From Methanobacteriota archaeon (GTDB taxonomy: Archaea; Halobacteriota; Methanosarcinia; Methanosarcinales; Methanosarcinaceae), in the NCBI GenBank assembly GCA_030054735.1, contig JASGVX010000003.1, positions 1,532 through 65,531 on the forward strand: a stretch of 64,000 bases of DNA. The letters run 5' to 3'. Below are positions 61,822 to 64,000 of this stretch, piece after piece. The translations under genes were made by a program, and so were the position numbers. Each line of letters starts with the position of its first letter. Position 1 is the stretch's first letter. Below the pieces are notes generated by a model. It worked only from the letters and a program-made list of their open reading frames with translations, ran no database searches and was not told the DNA's origin.

Positions 61822-62319
61822 TTATTCCTCTTTTTTGCGGCCAAAAATAAATATTAAACCAAGCATTGCTGCAACTGGCAGGGATATTGTGGGGAATTCT
61901 GGAACTGCGGTCGGTGCTTTAAAATTTACTTTCACGGTGTCTTCATTCGATTCTTTCCAGCACTTATTGCCCGACCGGTAGTACATACCTTTCGCATATG
62001 CTATGTTGGTTATACTACCATTAGTGAGGTCTTCCTCTTTTGTTATATAGGTAGCTGTCCCTTTAACACTCTTATTGGGTTCAAGCGGTCCATTAGATAT
62101 TGACATATTACCAAGCTTGTTGTCAACGACATATATGTCGTAGATATTTACATCGCCTGTATTGGTCACATTATAAGTGTATTCGATTGGCTGTCCCACA
62201 GCGGTATATGTTGATATATTAGCTGATTTTTTAAGGCTAATTGAAGGATCACAAGCATTTGCGGAGCCCATTGTTAATATTAAAATAACTAATACTCCAA
62301 TAATATCAATCATTTTCAT
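61822..62319 (-). CDS. PEF-CTERM surface protein 6 (DUF11/DUF7507-like Ig domain)
   Basis: ISLKKSA...G.PIEYTYNVTNTGDV; PEFPTISLPV tail. Confidence 0.9.
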   Translation of the reverse strand: MKMIDIIGVLVILILTMGSANACDPSISLKKSANISTYTAVGQPIEYTYNVTNTGDVNIYDIYVVDNKLGNMSISNGPLEPNKSVKGTATYITKEEDLTNGSITNIAYAKGMYYRSGNKCWKESNEDTVKVNFKAPTAVPEFPTISLPVAAMLGLIFIFGRKKEE

Positions 62320-62744
62320 TTATACAAACCCCCTCCAATAAATAATTTAATTAGTTCTCATTTATCTCTATTTATAGATAAACTTTCTTAGTTAAATATT
62401 CTTTAGAGTGTATAAATACAAACAATAGATACTATTATTATCAATAAATGGATGTAATTTAACTAAGAAGTAATGTATACTGAAAATTTAGATTATATGT
62501 AGAACAACTATATTTAATAAAACCAGAATTTTTTTGTAGTAAGCTACTATTTTTTTATATATGAATTTTTTACTATGAAAAATACCGCTCCAGGTATGAT
62601 TTTATTTTTATCCCTTGGGCAAGGAGATGAGCACCTAAGTCAATTCACATTCAGCATAGTAACAAAATTTATAAATAATGTAATATTAGATATTAAAATA
62701 TAAAATGAAAATCTAATTCATATCCGGAATTCTGAGGTGAGATT

Positions 62745-63347
62745 ATGAAATTAAAACCGAGTAAAAGGGAACAAATTTTCCCCCTGCCTGTAGCCCTTAT
62801 TTCTACAGTTTCAGGGGAGGGTGTGCGAAATATTGCTCCGTGGTCTAATGTAACTCCGATCCTTCGACCGCTGGAAGAAGTAATGCTTGCTTCCTGGATA
62901 AAGCGCGATACTCTCACAAATATCCGTGAAACAGGGGAATTCGTAATCAACATCCCTCCTGTCGGGATGGAAAAAGCTGTTATGGTCTGCTCCCGGAATT
63001 ACCCTCCGGAAGTCGATGAATACGAAATGGCCGGACTAAAGGCCCGTTTATCTGAGGTGGTCAGGGCTCCCGGGATTGAAGGATGCCTGGCCTGGGCTGA
63101 ATGTACCCTTGTAGAGGAAGTCCTGAGAGAAAAGTTCTCTCTAATCATAGGAAAAGTCGTAAACCTGGAAGTTGATGAGAACTTCTTTGATGAAGAAGGC
63201 AAAATGGACTTTGAAAACGCAAAACCCTTGTCCTGCATTCTGGGAGCAACAGGACTTACTTTCACCTATCCCAAAAATACCGGAATATCTGCAAGCTACT
63301 CTGAAATGTTTCTTAAAGAAAAAGAGGCTTCAGGTCCGGAGCCCTGA
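62745..63347 (+). CDS. flavin reductase-like family protein
   Basis: PLPVALIST, NIAPWS, DTLTNIRETGEFVIN, ECTL. Confidence 0.88.
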   Translation: MKLKPSKREQIFPLPVALISTVSGEGVRNIAPWSNVTPILRPLEEVMLASWIKRDTLTNIRETGEFVINIPPVGMEKAVMVCSRNYPPEVDEYEMAGLKARLSEVVRAPGIEGCLAWAECTLVEEVLREKFSLIIGKVVNLEVDENFFDEEGKMDFENAKPLSCILGATGLTFTYPKNTGISASYSEMFLKEKEASGPEP

Positions 63348-63444
63348 GTTTCAGCCTTCCTGGCTTGTGCTGGCGAAAGAAAATTCATATCCTTTTAAAA
63401 GGAGATAGCCGGGCTTACTTTAAGGCTCAGCCATCTCAAGCACT

Positions 63445-64000
63445 TCACACCGCTTTAAGCTCTTTTTCGAGTTTCTTTATGAGTTCCCTGAGCTGGATCG
63501 CACGCTCAAAGTCCAGCCTGTCGGCAGCTTCCCTCATTTCCGCGTCCAGCTCAATAATCATACTGGGGATATCGGTCTTCGGGATATGTTTTGTGTCCGT
63601 TATGTCCACGACTTTTTCTCTAATGGGTTTTTTGATGGTTGCAGGGACAATGCCGTGTTCTTTATTGTAGGCAATCTGCATTGTGCGGCGGCGTTCGGTT
63701 TCCTCTACGGCATTTTTGATGGAGTCCGTCATCCTGTCTGCATAAAGGACAACCCTTGAACTGGAGTTCCGGGCTGCACGGCCTATTATCTGTATAAGGC
63801 TCTTTGCGTTCCTTAGAAAGCCTTCCTTATCTGCGTCAAGGATTCCTATGAAACCAACTTCCGGGATATCAAGCCCTTCCCTTAGCAGGTTGATCCCGAC
63901 AAGCACATCAAACTTTCCAAGGCGCAGTTCACGTATGATTTCCGTCCTTTCTATGGTCTTTATATCCGAGTGCAGATAGCGGGCTTTGATCTCGTTTCTG
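63445..64000 (-). CDS. uvrB: excinuclease ABC subunit B, C-terminal part (5' end outside window)
   Basis: [49 protein letters not shown]. Confidence 0.96.
   Translation of the reverse strand, partial: RNEIKARYLHSDIKTIERTEIIRELRLGKFDVLVGINLLREGLDIPEVGFIGILDADKEGFLRNAKSLIQIIGRAARNSSSRVVLYADRMTDSIKNAVEETERRRTMQIAYNKEHGIVPATIKKPIREKVVDITDTKHIPKTDIPSMIIELDAEMREAADRLDFERAIQLRELIKKLEKELKAV

Noticed and set aside
54660-62319. Integron attC cassette array or DGR target array
   Set aside because: The shared hairpin is short and followed by a T-tract (terminator-like). No integrase, reverse transcriptase or adenine-specific TR/VR pair is visible.

Overview
Archaeal chromosome segment, almost certainly Methanosarcina (fae-hps, archaeal aroA'/aroB' route, PEF-CTERM and PGF-pre-PGF surface proteins, archaeal initiator tRNA). 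Core genes: srp54, aroA'-aroB'-aroD-aroE-tyrA, a Fe/B12-type ABC transporter, tpiA, fae-hps, nth, 2x tRNA-iMet, 2x tRNA-Cys, udg, pgk, hsp20 and the 3' end of uvrB. Between them are a helicase-rich block (SWIM+SNF2, Hrq1/DUF1998 helicase, XPB+DUF790/Bax1), a repeat-bracketed accessory region (40-49 kb) and a six-member tandem PEF-CTERM array (54.6-62.3 kb). The most notable observations read directly from the sequence are: (1) an MC1-like chromatin domain fused to the C-terminus of the Hrq1-type helicase; (2) a methyltransferase / 21-aa-repeat coiled-coil / glycosyltransferase protein resembling glycan chain-length rulers; (3) a PEF-CTERM array with constant ends and variable middles; (4) a Trypco1 gene followed by a trypsin gene start cut by a 117-bp MITE; (5) a decayed tnpB with rearranged RuvC-II and an intact right end; (6) guaAA lacking its catalytic HPE motif; (7) a cat remnant in a bacterial-looking islet. 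No tools were used: family assignments come from recalled motifs and need HMM/BLAST confirmation.
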